This document shows positions 53,908 to 62,417 of a stretch of 64,000 nucleotides of DNA, piece after piece. The translations under genes were made by a program, and so were the position numbers. Numbering within the stretch: position 1 is the first letter of the stretch; each line of letters begins with the position of its first letter. Under the pieces are notes generated by a model. That model saw nothing but the letters and a program-made list of their open reading frames with translations. It ran no database searches and was not told where the DNA came from. Source of the stretch: an uncultured Gemmatimonadaceae bacterium. Its GTDB lineage: Bacteria > Gemmatimonadota > Gemmatimonadetes > Longimicrobiales > Gaopeijiaceae. The DNA is taken from contig CAZZEL010000001.1 of the NCBI GenBank assembly GCA_964652625.1, forward strand, positions 23,813 through 87,812, given 5' to 3'.

Positions 53908-55947
53908 ATGTCAGAAGCCCGCCCCAAGGGCATTGTAGCGTTCCTTCAGGAAGCGAGGCGCCGGAAGGTCTACATCTCCGGCGTGGCCTATCTCGGTGTG
54001 GCGGTAGTCGTCATCGAGCTCACTGGCGCTGTCTCCGAGGCCCTTCTCTTTCCCGACTGGACGCCCCGCCTGGTGACCTTCCTTCTGGCCCTGGGCTTCC
54101 CGGTGGTTCTGATCCTTTCCTGGGTATTCGATATCACGGGAAAGGGTGTGGTCCGGACCGACGAGCGGGGAGAGGCGGACGGCGAGGTGTCGGCTCGGAG
54201 GGACTCCGACCCATCGGCTCTGTCCACCGGGGCCGGCACGCCGCCGGTGGCTCCGGGCCAACCAAAGGGGCGCGGGAATCGAGCCCCGCTCCCGGCTCTC
54301 CGTCGCCGCTGGGACCGGCAGCAGGAGGCGAAGGCCGACGGAGTCGAGGCTTCGGACTCGGGGGATGGTCAGGCACAGGAGAACGAATCCACCGCTCCGG
54401 ATCCGGAGCGGGTCCGGCGGGCCACGGTGGCCCATTTGCGCCATGAGCTTCGAACCCCCATCAACGGCATCATCGGATATGCGGAGATATTGCTGGAGGA
54501 CATGGACGAGGAGGCCTACGCCGGAGACCTGGAGCGCATCGAGACTGGCGGAAAGAAGCTCCTGAACCTCATTGACGAGGTCCTGGGAGATGGGGCCGGC
54601 AAGAACCTCCAGGAGGATCTGGAGCAGTATGCCGAGGAGATTCGGGTGGGCCTGCGGACCCCGCTGACCTCGGTAGTCGGGTACGCCGAGATGCTCCTGG
54701 AGACGGCCCAGGAGGAGGGCCGGTACGACCTGGTGGATGACCTGGAACGGATCCATACCTCCGCCCACCGCCTCCTGGAGATCAGCGGAGACATCGTGGG
54801 GCTGGCCACGGCCGGGGAGATGGCTCCCGGGATGGAGACTTCGGAGGCTTCGGAGCTCACACGGACGGTCCTCTCCAAGATCCACTCCGGGAACGGATCC
54901 GGGAGAGAGGACGGCGAGGGCCAGCTTCTGGTGGTGGATGACAACACCAACAATCGGGATCTCCTTTCTCGGCAGCTGGCTCGGCAGGGCTACATCGTCC
55001 ACACGGCCTGCGACGGGCAGGAGGCCCTGAAGCTCCTGGAATCCAAGACGGTAGACCTGATCCTCCTGGACGTCATCATGCCGAACCTGGACGGGGTGGA
55101 GACCTTGAAACGGTTGAAGGCCAGCAAAACCCTCCAGGAGATTCCCGTCCTCATGCTCTCCTCCCTGGATGAGGTGGACGGGGCCCTTCGGTGCATCGAA
55201 CTGGGGGCTGAGGACTACCTCTCCAAACCCGTGAAGTCTGCCATTTTGGAGGCCCGGATCACCGCCAACCTGGAGCTCTTCCGCATGCGGGAGCGGGAAC
55301 GCATCTACCGGGAGCGGTTGGAGACGGACGAGGGGTTCATCGAAGTGCTCCTGCAGAGCGCGTTCCCCCCTGCCGTTGCCGACCGGGTCCGGGCCGGGGA
55401 TACGAACCTGGCGGACGTGGTTCCCGAGGCCACCGTTCTGGCCGGCAAGATCCGGGGCCTGGGAGCCCCCTCATCCTCCGGGGAGCTGGCCCAGCGGCTG
55501 CAGGGGCTGTCGGAGATCTGCCGGGCCGTAGAGAAGCTGAGTCGAGAGCAGGGGGTGGATACCTGTATCTGGCGGGCTGACGGCTTCGTAGCCGTGGCCG
55601 GGGCTCCCACGGCACTGGACAATCACGTGGAACGGGCCGCTGCTCTGGGGCGGGTCTTCCAGGAGGCCGGTGGAGAGATGGTTGGCGCCGACGGGGAGCC
55701 CCTTCGGATGGGCCTGGGGATCCACACAGGGCCGGTGGTGGCTGCGGCCCTTGGAGGAACCCGACTTCGGTATGAAGTGTGGGGGGATGGGGTGACGACG
55801 GCGGAGGCCGTGGCCGAAGTGGCGCCGGACGGGAGCCTGGTGGCCTCACCGCCGGTCTATGGTCGGTTGAAGGAGCGCTTCACGTTCCAGGCCCGGAAGG
55901 TCCAGGGTATCGCCGGCGTCCAGATGCGGACCTATCTACTTCAGTAA
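53908..55947 (+). CDS. Membrane-anchored DHp(HisKA)-DHp(degenerate)-receiver-cyclase-homology-domain protein lacking an ATPase domain
   Basis: ATG at 53908. N-terminal anchor module with PDW motif. H-box HELRTPINGIIGYAE. A second H-box-like VGLRTPLTSVVGYAE without His. No N/G1/G2 boxes. REC domain (VVDDN...LILLDVIMP...MLSS...SKP). Class III cyclase-like domain (RMGLGIHTGPVV, YEVWGDGV) with substituted catalytic residues. Confidence 0.85.
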   Translation: MSEARPKGIVAFLQEARRRKVYISGVAYLGVAVVVIELTGAVSEALLFPDWTPRLVTFLLALGFPVVLILSWVFDITGKGVVRTDERGEADGEVSARRDSDPSALSTGAGTPPVAPGQPKGRGNRAPLPALRRRWDRQQEAKADGVEASDSGDGQAQENESTAPDPERVRRATVAHLRHELRTPINGIIGYAEILLEDMDEEAYAGDLERIETGGKKLLNLIDEVLGDGAGKNLQEDLEQYAEEIRVGLRTPLTSVVGYAEMLLETAQEEGRYDLVDDLERIHTSAHRLLEISGDIVGLATAGEMAPGMETSEASELTRTVLSKIHSGNGSGREDGEGQLLVVDDNTNNRDLLSRQLARQGYIVHTACDGQEALKLLESKTVDLILLDVIMPNLDGVETLKRLKASKTLQEIPVLMLSSLDEVDGALRCIELGAEDYLSKPVKSAILEARITANLELFRMRERERIYRERLETDEGFIEVLLQSAFPPAVADRVRAGDTNLADVVPEATVLAGKIRGLGAPSSSGELAQRLQGLSEICRAVEKLSREQGVDTCIWRADGFVAVAGAPTALDNHVERAAALGRVFQEAGGEMVGADGEPLRMGLGIHTGPVVAAALGGTRLRYEVWGDGVTTAEAVAEVAPDGSLVASPPVYGRLKERFTFQARKVQGIAGVQMRTYLLQ

Positions 55948-56298
55948 CTCCTCCATTTTGCTCACGAGGCGCTTCAGCTCCACGGGCTTGGTGTCGAAAT
56001 CGTCGGCCCCGGCCTCACGAGCCTTGGCCTCATCCCCGCTCATGGCGTGAGCCGTCAGGGCGATGATGGGGATCTCTGCCGTGGCCGGGTCCCCCTTCAG
56101 GTTCCGGGTGGCGGTCCACCCGTCCATGACCGGCAGGCTCATATCCATGAGAATCAGGCCCGGATCCTCTGAGCGGGCCAGATCCACACCCTCCTGCCCA
56201 TCCACGGCGATGACTACTTCGTAGCCTCGCTTGATGAGTCGTCGGGAGAGCATGTCCCGGTTCATCTCATCGTCTTCGACCAACAGGATCTTCGACAC
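55936..56298 (-). CDS. Stand-alone response-regulator receiver protein
   Basis: GTG at 56298 gives VSKILLVEDDEMNRD... . It lies downstream of the kinase stop at 56357. LILMDMSLPVMDG, ALTAH, TKP. The longer track ORF would overlap the kinase gene. Confidence 0.8.
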   Translation of the reverse strand: MSKILLVEDDEMNRDMLSRRLIKRGYEVVIAVDGQEGVDLARSEDPGLILMDMSLPVMDGWTATRNLKGDPATAEIPIIALTAHAMSGDEAKAREAGADDFDTKPVELKRLVSKMEELLK

Positions 56299-56356
56299 GT
56301 AGGAGGTCCTTTCGTTCGCTTCACAGAAACGAGAGTCGTTGCAGGGAGCTGGGGTC

Positions 56357-59248
56357 TCAACCGTCCGCCACCGGCTTCCGATCCAGAAATCTCCGAAGCT
56401 CGGCCACCAGGGCCTCGGCACCGACTTCGTCCTTCATGAATATTCGGGCTACCGACCCGTTCAGCTGGTCCCGATCCGCCCGGGTCAGCTCTTTGGCCGT
56501 GATGACCACCACCGGGACGTCCTGCCAGCGGCCATCTTCCCGCAGTGCTGTCAGGAACTGGAAACCGTCCATCTCCGGCATGATGAGGTCCAGGATAATG
56601 AGGTGGGGATCCAGGTCGTTTGCGAGATCCAGGGCTTCCCGGCCGTTCTCTGCCAGGACCGGGCGCCACCCACCCTCTGCCACCATGTGGGACAGTCGGT
56701 CCCGGACCGCCGGATCATCGTCCACGATAAGGATGGTGGCGTCGGCCTGGGGGCAGAGGCGTCGGAGAACAGCGCTCAGCCGGGCCGGCTCCACCGGTTT
56801 GGTCAAGTAGTCGTTGGCTCCCAGGCTGAACCCCAGGTTCTGCTCGTCCACCATAGTGACCATGACCACCGGAATGGTAGCCAGCTCCTCTTCGGCCTTC
56901 AGGGCTGCCAGGACCGTCCAGCCGTCCATTCCCGGCATCAATACGTCCAGGAGGATGACGTCGGGCCCCAACCCCCGGGCCTGCTCCAATCCCTCGGCTC
57001 CGTCCAGAGCCGACTCAACCCGGAAGTTCCGCTTGCAGAGGGCCCGTCGCAGGAGATCATGGACGTTGGGATCGTCGTCGATGATGAGGACCGTTCCGGC
57101 CTCTCCCGTTCCTGTGGCTCCGGGAGAATGCGAAGCCGTTCTCTTGGTGGCCTCTGCCGCCGGGTCCCTGACCAGTCGAGGCAGGCGAACGGTGAAGGTG
57201 GTCCCGTGGCCCGGGGCGCTCAGAACCTGGATGTCTCCTCCCATCATCCGGCAGAACTCCCGACTGATGACCAGTCCCAGACCCGTCCCCCCGTAGCGTC
57301 TCTGGGTGGAGGCGTCGGCCTGACCAAAGGCCTCGAAGATCCGCTCCAGCTGCTCCGGCGACATCCCGATCCCCTCATCGGAGACGTCCATGAAGACCTG
57401 GTCGCCTTCCACACCGACCCGGAGCTCGATCTGTCCGTTCTCGGTGAACTTGGCGGCGTTGGAGAGAAGATTCAGGAGGACCTGCTGAACCTTGGTGACG
57501 TCGGCCACCAGGGTCCCGATGTCCTCATCCAGGACGACGGACAGTTGGTTCTGGTTCCTGGCCACCAGCGGGGCCACGGTGGATTCCACGCCCCGAACCA
57601 GCTCTTCCAGGTCGAATGACTCCAGGAAGAGCTCCGTCTTTCCGGCCTCGATCTTGGAGAGGTCCAGGATGTCGTTGATGAGGGCCAGGAGGTGACGCCC
57701 GGCTGAGTGGATCTTCCCCAGATCCGGCACGAATTCGTCGTGCCCCTCGTCTTCGGCTTCCTCCTGGAGCATCTCGCTGTACCCGATGATGGCGTTCAGG
57801 GGAGTCCGGAGCTCGTGGCTCATGTTGGCCAGGAACTGGCTCTTGGCCTGATTGGCTTCTTCGGCGGCATGTCGAGCCTCCAGGAGCTCCGTGACGTCGT
57901 GATAGAGGGCCAGGATGGCCACCGCCTCTCCCGTGACCTGCACCGAATCGGCGGTGAACTCCACGTCCACAAAGGTGCCGTCCTTCCGGCGTCGCTTCCC
58001 GATTCCCCGGGTCACGGTTCCCGAGGAGGCTTCCTCGGTGTAGGCCCGGGCTTCTCGAAGGGTTTCCGGCGTGTTCAGCAAAGTGTCCAGGTCCTTCCCT
58101 ACCGCCTCGCCGGGGGCGTAGCCGAAAAGTCGCTCGAAGGCGGGATTGAAGGAGGTAATCCGCCCCTCCAGATCCAGGGTGACGATGGCCACGGGGCTCT
58201 CCGTCACCACCGTCTCGAAGAACTCGTGCTGCCGGAAGGCCTCGGTGAAGAGGCGGGCGTTCTCGATGGCCACGGCGGCCTGGGGGGCGAAGAGGTTCAG
58301 GAGCCGGATGTCGCTGGGGCCGAAGGTCCGGTCCGCCTCGTTGTGGACGCTGGCCAGGGTTCCTACCAGGCGCTGGCCGATGAGGAGGGGCACCACCATG
58401 ACGCCCATGGCGGTGGTGTCTTCGTATTTGTTGGAGCGGCCTTCCCAATCCTGGTAGTTGGGGATGATGAGAGGTTCGTGGGTCTCCGCCACCCGGCCCA
58501 TTGCGCCCTCACCGATGGCCATCCGGGTACCGGTGGAGTCGCTGCCGATGTTGTGGCTGGCCACGATCACCAGCTCCCCCGTGTCCTCCTCGGCGATAGC
58601 CAACTCCCCCCCGGTAACACCCAGGAGGAAAACGGCTCGTTCCGTCACCCGCTGCAGCAGCTTGTTCAGCTCCAGCTCTCCGGAGAGGTCCTTCATGGTG
58701 TCCAGGAGAGCCTGCTGCTCGTTGGCCCGCTGCTGCTCAGTTCGGAGAAGCCGGGTCCGGCCTATGGCGATGCCCGATTGTTGGGCTGCCGCCGTGAGGA
58801 TCTCGAAATCGGCGCGGCCGAAGGCGTCCTCTTCGTCGCTCTCCACCACCAGGACGCCGATGACCTCCTCGTCCACCTTGATGGGTACGTCTATCTCCGA
58901 GCCCTGCCGCCGGGCCTGGATCCAGTGGTCCTCCGCCACCACCCGGGGGGCATAGTGGAGCTCGCCGTCCAGGAGTGGTCGTTCGCTGAGGCCCTCACCG
59001 GAACCGAGTCGGAAGTCTTCTTCGGCCCCGGGCCACCCCACGCTGGCCTGCAACACCCGGTCCCCGGTCTCCGGCTCCACCAGAAGAACACCCACCATGT
59101 TGTAGCCCAAGGCGTCGTCGTGAAGCCCCTGGACCAGACTTTCACACACCTCTTTCTCCGTGTGGGCCGCCGCGATGCTGGTGCTCAGGTGCAGGAGGGC
59201 CGACTGCCGCCGGGCCAGGCCTCCAACTCCGGGCTGTGGGGGGATCAT
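56357..59248 (-). CDS. Hybrid sensor histidine kinase (GAF-GAF-PAS-HisKA-HATPase-REC-REC)
   Basis: H-box MSHELRTPLNAIIGYSE, N-box LLNLLSNAAKFT, G1 DEGIGM, G2 GGTGLGL, and two complete receiver domains (LLDVLMPGMDG, ILDLIMPEMDG). The ATG overlaps the upstream stop (ATGA). Confidence 0.9.
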   Translation of the reverse strand: MIPPQPGVGGLARRQSALLHLSTSIAAAHTEKEVCESLVQGLHDDALGYNMVGVLLVEPETGDRVLQASVGWPGAEEDFRLGSGEGLSERPLLDGELHYAPRVVAEDHWIQARRQGSEIDVPIKVDEEVIGVLVVESDEEDAFGRADFEILTAAAQQSGIAIGRTRLLRTEQQRANEQQALLDTMKDLSGELELNKLLQRVTERAVFLLGVTGGELAIAEEDTGELVIVASHNIGSDSTGTRMAIGEGAMGRVAETHEPLIIPNYQDWEGRSNKYEDTTAMGVMVVPLLIGQRLVGTLASVHNEADRTFGPSDIRLLNLFAPQAAVAIENARLFTEAFRQHEFFETVVTESPVAIVTLDLEGRITSFNPAFERLFGYAPGEAVGKDLDTLLNTPETLREARAYTEEASSGTVTRGIGKRRRKDGTFVDVEFTADSVQVTGEAVAILALYHDVTELLEARHAAEEANQAKSQFLANMSHELRTPLNAIIGYSEMLQEEAEDEGHDEFVPDLGKIHSAGRHLLALINDILDLSKIEAGKTELFLESFDLEELVRGVESTVAPLVARNQNQLSVVLDEDIGTLVADVTKVQQVLLNLLSNAAKFTENGQIELRVGVEGDQVFMDVSDEGIGMSPEQLERIFEAFGQADASTQRRYGGTGLGLVISREFCRMMGGDIQVLSAPGHGTTFTVRLPRLVRDPAAEATKRTASHSPGATGTGEAGTVLIIDDDPNVHDLLRRALCKRNFRVESALDGAEGLEQARGLGPDVILLDVLMPGMDGWTVLAALKAEEELATIPVVMVTMVDEQNLGFSLGANDYLTKPVEPARLSAVLRRLCPQADATILIVDDDPAVRDRLSHMVAEGGWRPVLAENGREALDLANDLDPHLIILDLIMPEMDGFQFLTALREDGRWQDVPVVVITAKELTRADRDQLNGSVARIFMKDEVGAEALVAELRRFLDRKPVADG

Positions 59249-61716
59249 GGGGTAGGCCCCGAGTCGGCAGCGGACAGGGCCTCGGCCCGTTCCCGGGCTT
59301 CCCGAACCCAGGGTTGGTACTCGGGGTCGGCATCGGCCCAGAGCCCGACGAAGGTAGCGTAGTGCTCAGCGGCTTTCACCGAATCTCCCAGAGCCTGGTA
59401 GACCTGACCCAGCCTCCGGTGAGCCAGAACCCGGTAGGCGGAGACGGCCATGAACTCCTGGATTCCCCCGGTGAGGGCCGTGGTGAAGTGCCCCCTGGCT
59501 TCCTCCCACCGACCCAGCTCCTGGGCCAACAGGCCCCGCTCCCAGACGGAGCAGAAGGGGCATTCGGAAGAACGGGCCAGATCGTTCAGGATCTCCAGGG
59601 CCCCGGCCGGATCCTCTCTCATCAGGAGGAGGCCCTCGGCGGCTCTCCGGGTCTCCTGGAATGCGGGGCTTTGGGCCGAGGGTATGGCATCCACTCGCCA
59701 CCGATCCAGGAAACCCTGCACACCAATCTCGTCTCCCCGGACGGCCAGGGCGGGGATGACCAGGTCGTAGGACCGGGCCAATGGAGGAATGGAATCCAGG
59801 AGCCGGTTGAACTCTTCCCGCGTCCGCTCCATCTCCGTGGGAGACGGGGGAATCTGCAGAAGGTGGTCCAGCCAGGACCTGAAGACGGCCATCTGAAGGA
59901 CCTGGGTGGAAATGCCCAGATTGGTCATCTCCTGTGCTCCTTCCTCCAGGGCTTCTCGGGCCTCCCGGATCCGCCCCATCTGGAAGTACCCGGACCCCTT
60001 GCTGGCAATTCCGGTTGACCGCCATACCCCCTGGGCCTCCGGCATGGCCAGGAAGGCCTGGGATGCCTCCACCAGGCCCGGTCCGTCGGCCTGGAACGCC
60101 GTGATCAGGAGTCGATTGAACGCCACCCAGAAGCCGCGATTCGGGTCCTCTGCGGCCAGCCGGGCCAGGGCTTCCTCCGCTTCCTGCACCCGCCCCACCA
60201 TGGCCAGATAGCCGGGAAGGTTGGCGCGGGCCGAGGCACTTGCGCCGGGGCCTGCGGCGGCCCGCTCCATGGCCGCTACCGCTTCGTCCAACCGGCCCCG
60301 GGACATGAAGGCGATGGCGATGTTGTTGCTGGCGGCCTGGTCGTCGGGAAAGCGATCCAGGACGGCCTGGTACGCCTGGATCTCTCCGGCCAGATCTCTG
60401 GTTGCCATCCTGTGATAGTAGGCTGTGGCCAAGTACCGCTCCCGTTCCGTAAGACGATCCCGGAGCTGGTAGGCCCGGGTGGCGGCCTCCACCTGTCGAG
60501 TGAGGCTACCGCCGGAGTTGTTCAGAACCACGGCCATTCTTCGATGGGCCATGGCGAAATCCGGGTCCAGCTCCAGGGCCTCTTCCAGGGCGGTAATGGC
60601 TCGACCGGGCTCGCCGCGCTCGTCGAATCGTCCGGCCTCGGCGTATTTCCTCAGGGCCTCCAGGGAGGATGTGGTGACGTCCTCCAAGGGCTCCTCGGCC
60701 TTGATGATCCGGAGGGATTCTCCGGACTTCTCTCGGATGTCCTGGGAGAGCTGGTCGATGGCTTCGATGACCTCGTCGGGACCATCGGCGGCCTCCCGGA
60801 AGGTGGCCAGGATGGCGCCGTTCTCGGCAGCCACCAGGGAGGCCACGAGGAGATACCCGGTGCCGACGGAGCCCACGGTACCATGGACCACGGCTTTGAA
60901 ACCGTCCCGAATGGCCACTTCCCGGGCCAGTTCCTCATCCAGGGCCTCTTCCCCGACCCGGCCCATCTGACCCAGGGTCTCCTGGATCCGGGCGGGTTCC
61001 ACAAGGGTCATGATGGAGGAGGCGGCCAGGTCCACCCGGAGGGCTTCCGTGACCATTCCCCCCAGGGCGGGATCGTTGGAGGTGTTCTGGAAGTCGGCCA
61101 GAATCACGGCGTCCCCTTCCGAGAACACACCCTGAGCCGCCAGGGATCCCACGGGGCCGATGCCCCGGGACCACATGAAGAAGTAGCCTCCCACGGCCAG
61201 GGCCAGGAGGAGGAAGGCCGCCACCCCGCCGGAGATGGCATTCCGCCAGGTAAACAAACGCCGGGCCGCCACCGCCGCGTCGCCCTGGACGGCCATCGGC
61301 GTGTCACCCCCTGCTGCCGCCCCCAACTGGCTCTCGGCCCCGATTGCCGAGCCCTCCGTTCCTCCTCCCGTCGGAGTGACCCCTTCGGAAGGGGTTTGGG
61401 GAGAAGCCGAAGAGGGGGCCGGGGAAGCAGCCGGAGTGCCAGCCGGAGGGGGAGTGCCCGGTCCCGACTCCCCCGTCCCATCTCCGTCAGCCCGAACCGG
61501 CCCACCCTCCTGGACCACTGCCGTGGCCAGGACGAAGGGGAGGCCGATGATCAAGAGGATGAAGGCGAAGGGTTGGACCCAGTCCGGGAGCCCGGCGCTC
61601 TCTCCGATGCTCTCTGCCACCTGCAGGGCCACCCAGGACGCAACCAGGTATACCGAAAGCACCTGCCATACCGAGCGCCGGTGGATTTCGATGATGAGCT
61701 GTCGGATGCGGTTCAT
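59245..61716 (-). CDS. Membrane-anchored TPR-repeat protein with a TolB-N/FlgO-like periplasmic domain
   Basis: ATG at 61716 (MNRIRQLIIEIHRRSVWQV...). Same N-terminal anchor module (PDW motif) as the gene at 53908. Pro/Gly/Ala-rich linker, a second TM helix, ILADFQNTSNDPALGGMVTEAL..., then a TPR array. Confidence 0.8.
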   Translation of the reverse strand: MNRIRQLIIEIHRRSVWQVLSVYLVASWVALQVAESIGESAGLPDWVQPFAFILLIIGLPFVLATAVVQEGGPVRADGDGTGESGPGTPPPAGTPAASPAPSSASPQTPSEGVTPTGGGTEGSAIGAESQLGAAAGGDTPMAVQGDAAVAARRLFTWRNAISGGVAAFLLLALAVGGYFFMWSRGIGPVGSLAAQGVFSEGDAVILADFQNTSNDPALGGMVTEALRVDLAASSIMTLVEPARIQETLGQMGRVGEEALDEELAREVAIRDGFKAVVHGTVGSVGTGYLLVASLVAAENGAILATFREAADGPDEVIEAIDQLSQDIREKSGESLRIIKAEEPLEDVTTSSLEALRKYAEAGRFDERGEPGRAITALEEALELDPDFAMAHRRMAVVLNNSGGSLTRQVEAATRAYQLRDRLTERERYLATAYYHRMATRDLAGEIQAYQAVLDRFPDDQAASNNIAIAFMSRGRLDEAVAAMERAAAGPGASASARANLPGYLAMVGRVQEAEEALARLAAEDPNRGFWVAFNRLLITAFQADGPGLVEASQAFLAMPEAQGVWRSTGIASKGSGYFQMGRIREAREALEEGAQEMTNLGISTQVLQMAVFRSWLDHLLQIPPSPTEMERTREEFNRLLDSIPPLARSYDLVIPALAVRGDEIGVQGFLDRWRVDAIPSAQSPAFQETRRAAEGLLLMREDPAGALEILNDLARSSECPFCSVWERGLLAQELGRWEEARGHFTTALTGGIQEFMAVSAYRVLAHRRLGQVYQALGDSVKAAEHYATFVGLWADADPEYQPWVREARERAEALSAADSGPTP

Positions 61717-61750
61717 GCACCGGACTCCCGGGATCTGGAGTTTCGTTCGC

Positions 61751-61818
61751 CCTGAGATGTGTGGATACATCCACCCCGAGATGCGGGGCTTCATTCACCC
61801 CGGAATGCGGGGTTTCCT
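61751..61818. repeat. Three tandem 20-24-nt repeats, two containing a CCCCG-N5-CGGGG hairpin, upstream of the TPR-kinase operon
   Basis: CCTGAGATGTGTGGATACAT / CCACCCCGAGATGCGGGGCTTCAT / TCACCCCGGAATGCGGGGTTTCCT. By eye, units 2 and 3 share 19 of 24 positions. Confidence 0.7.
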
Positions 61819-62039
61819 GTCAGAGACTGGCACACTCCGGCGGAGCCGGTTCCTGAAACAAGAACCCGACTGAAACGGGAAGGTTTCGGTTGAAAATTTA
61901 TTCGACGAGAAAGGAAGTTGGGGGAAGGTACGATGAAGCGCCAAGGAAAAGGGTCCTGGAGAGCCCTTCTTCTCGGGGTCTCTCCGGGCTCGCCACGGGG
62001 AAACCGGGGGGAAGCCACCGGGGGGGAAGCGGATTGAAG

Positions 62040-62417
62040 ATGGAAAAGGCTGCGAGAAGAGCCGCACGGAGACGGCTCCGCTCGTCCTCAGGAAGAGACG
62101 CCGTTCGTCCCCCCTGCTGGACGGACATGCGGCAGGACACCGGGGAAGACCAGGATGCCCGAATGGCCCACATGTTGCGCCTCCCTCCGAGAAAGGCCCT
62201 CCACTCGTACCAGCGACCGAGAACGGACCTGTCGGTTCCGATGGATGGGGCTATCATCCTCCGGATCGTCGACAGAAGGACTCCCGGAAAGGTGTCCGAT
62301 ATCATGGGGATCGCCAGGGCTACGGTCCGCTGCCACATCAGTCGAGGGGTGAAGCGCCTGCGGGGCTTCATGAAAGGGACGGTCCCGGGGGTGGCCAGTC
62401 AGGAGGTGGCCTTTTGA
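62040..62417 (+). CDS. Sigma-70 region-4-like HTH protein (probably a truncated or degenerate ECF sigma factor)
   Basis: AIILRIVDRRTPGKVSDIMGIARATVRCHISRGVKRLRGFM fits the ECF region 4.2 pattern. No region 2 was found in any frame upstream. AGA/AGG codons are unusual for this window. The start is uncertain. Confidence 0.35.
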   Translation: MEKAARRAARRRLRSSSGRDAVRPPCWTDMRQDTGEDQDARMAHMLRLPPRKALHSYQRPRTDLSVPMDGAIILRIVDRRTPGKVSDIMGIARATVRCHISRGVKRLRGFMKGTVPGVASQEVAF

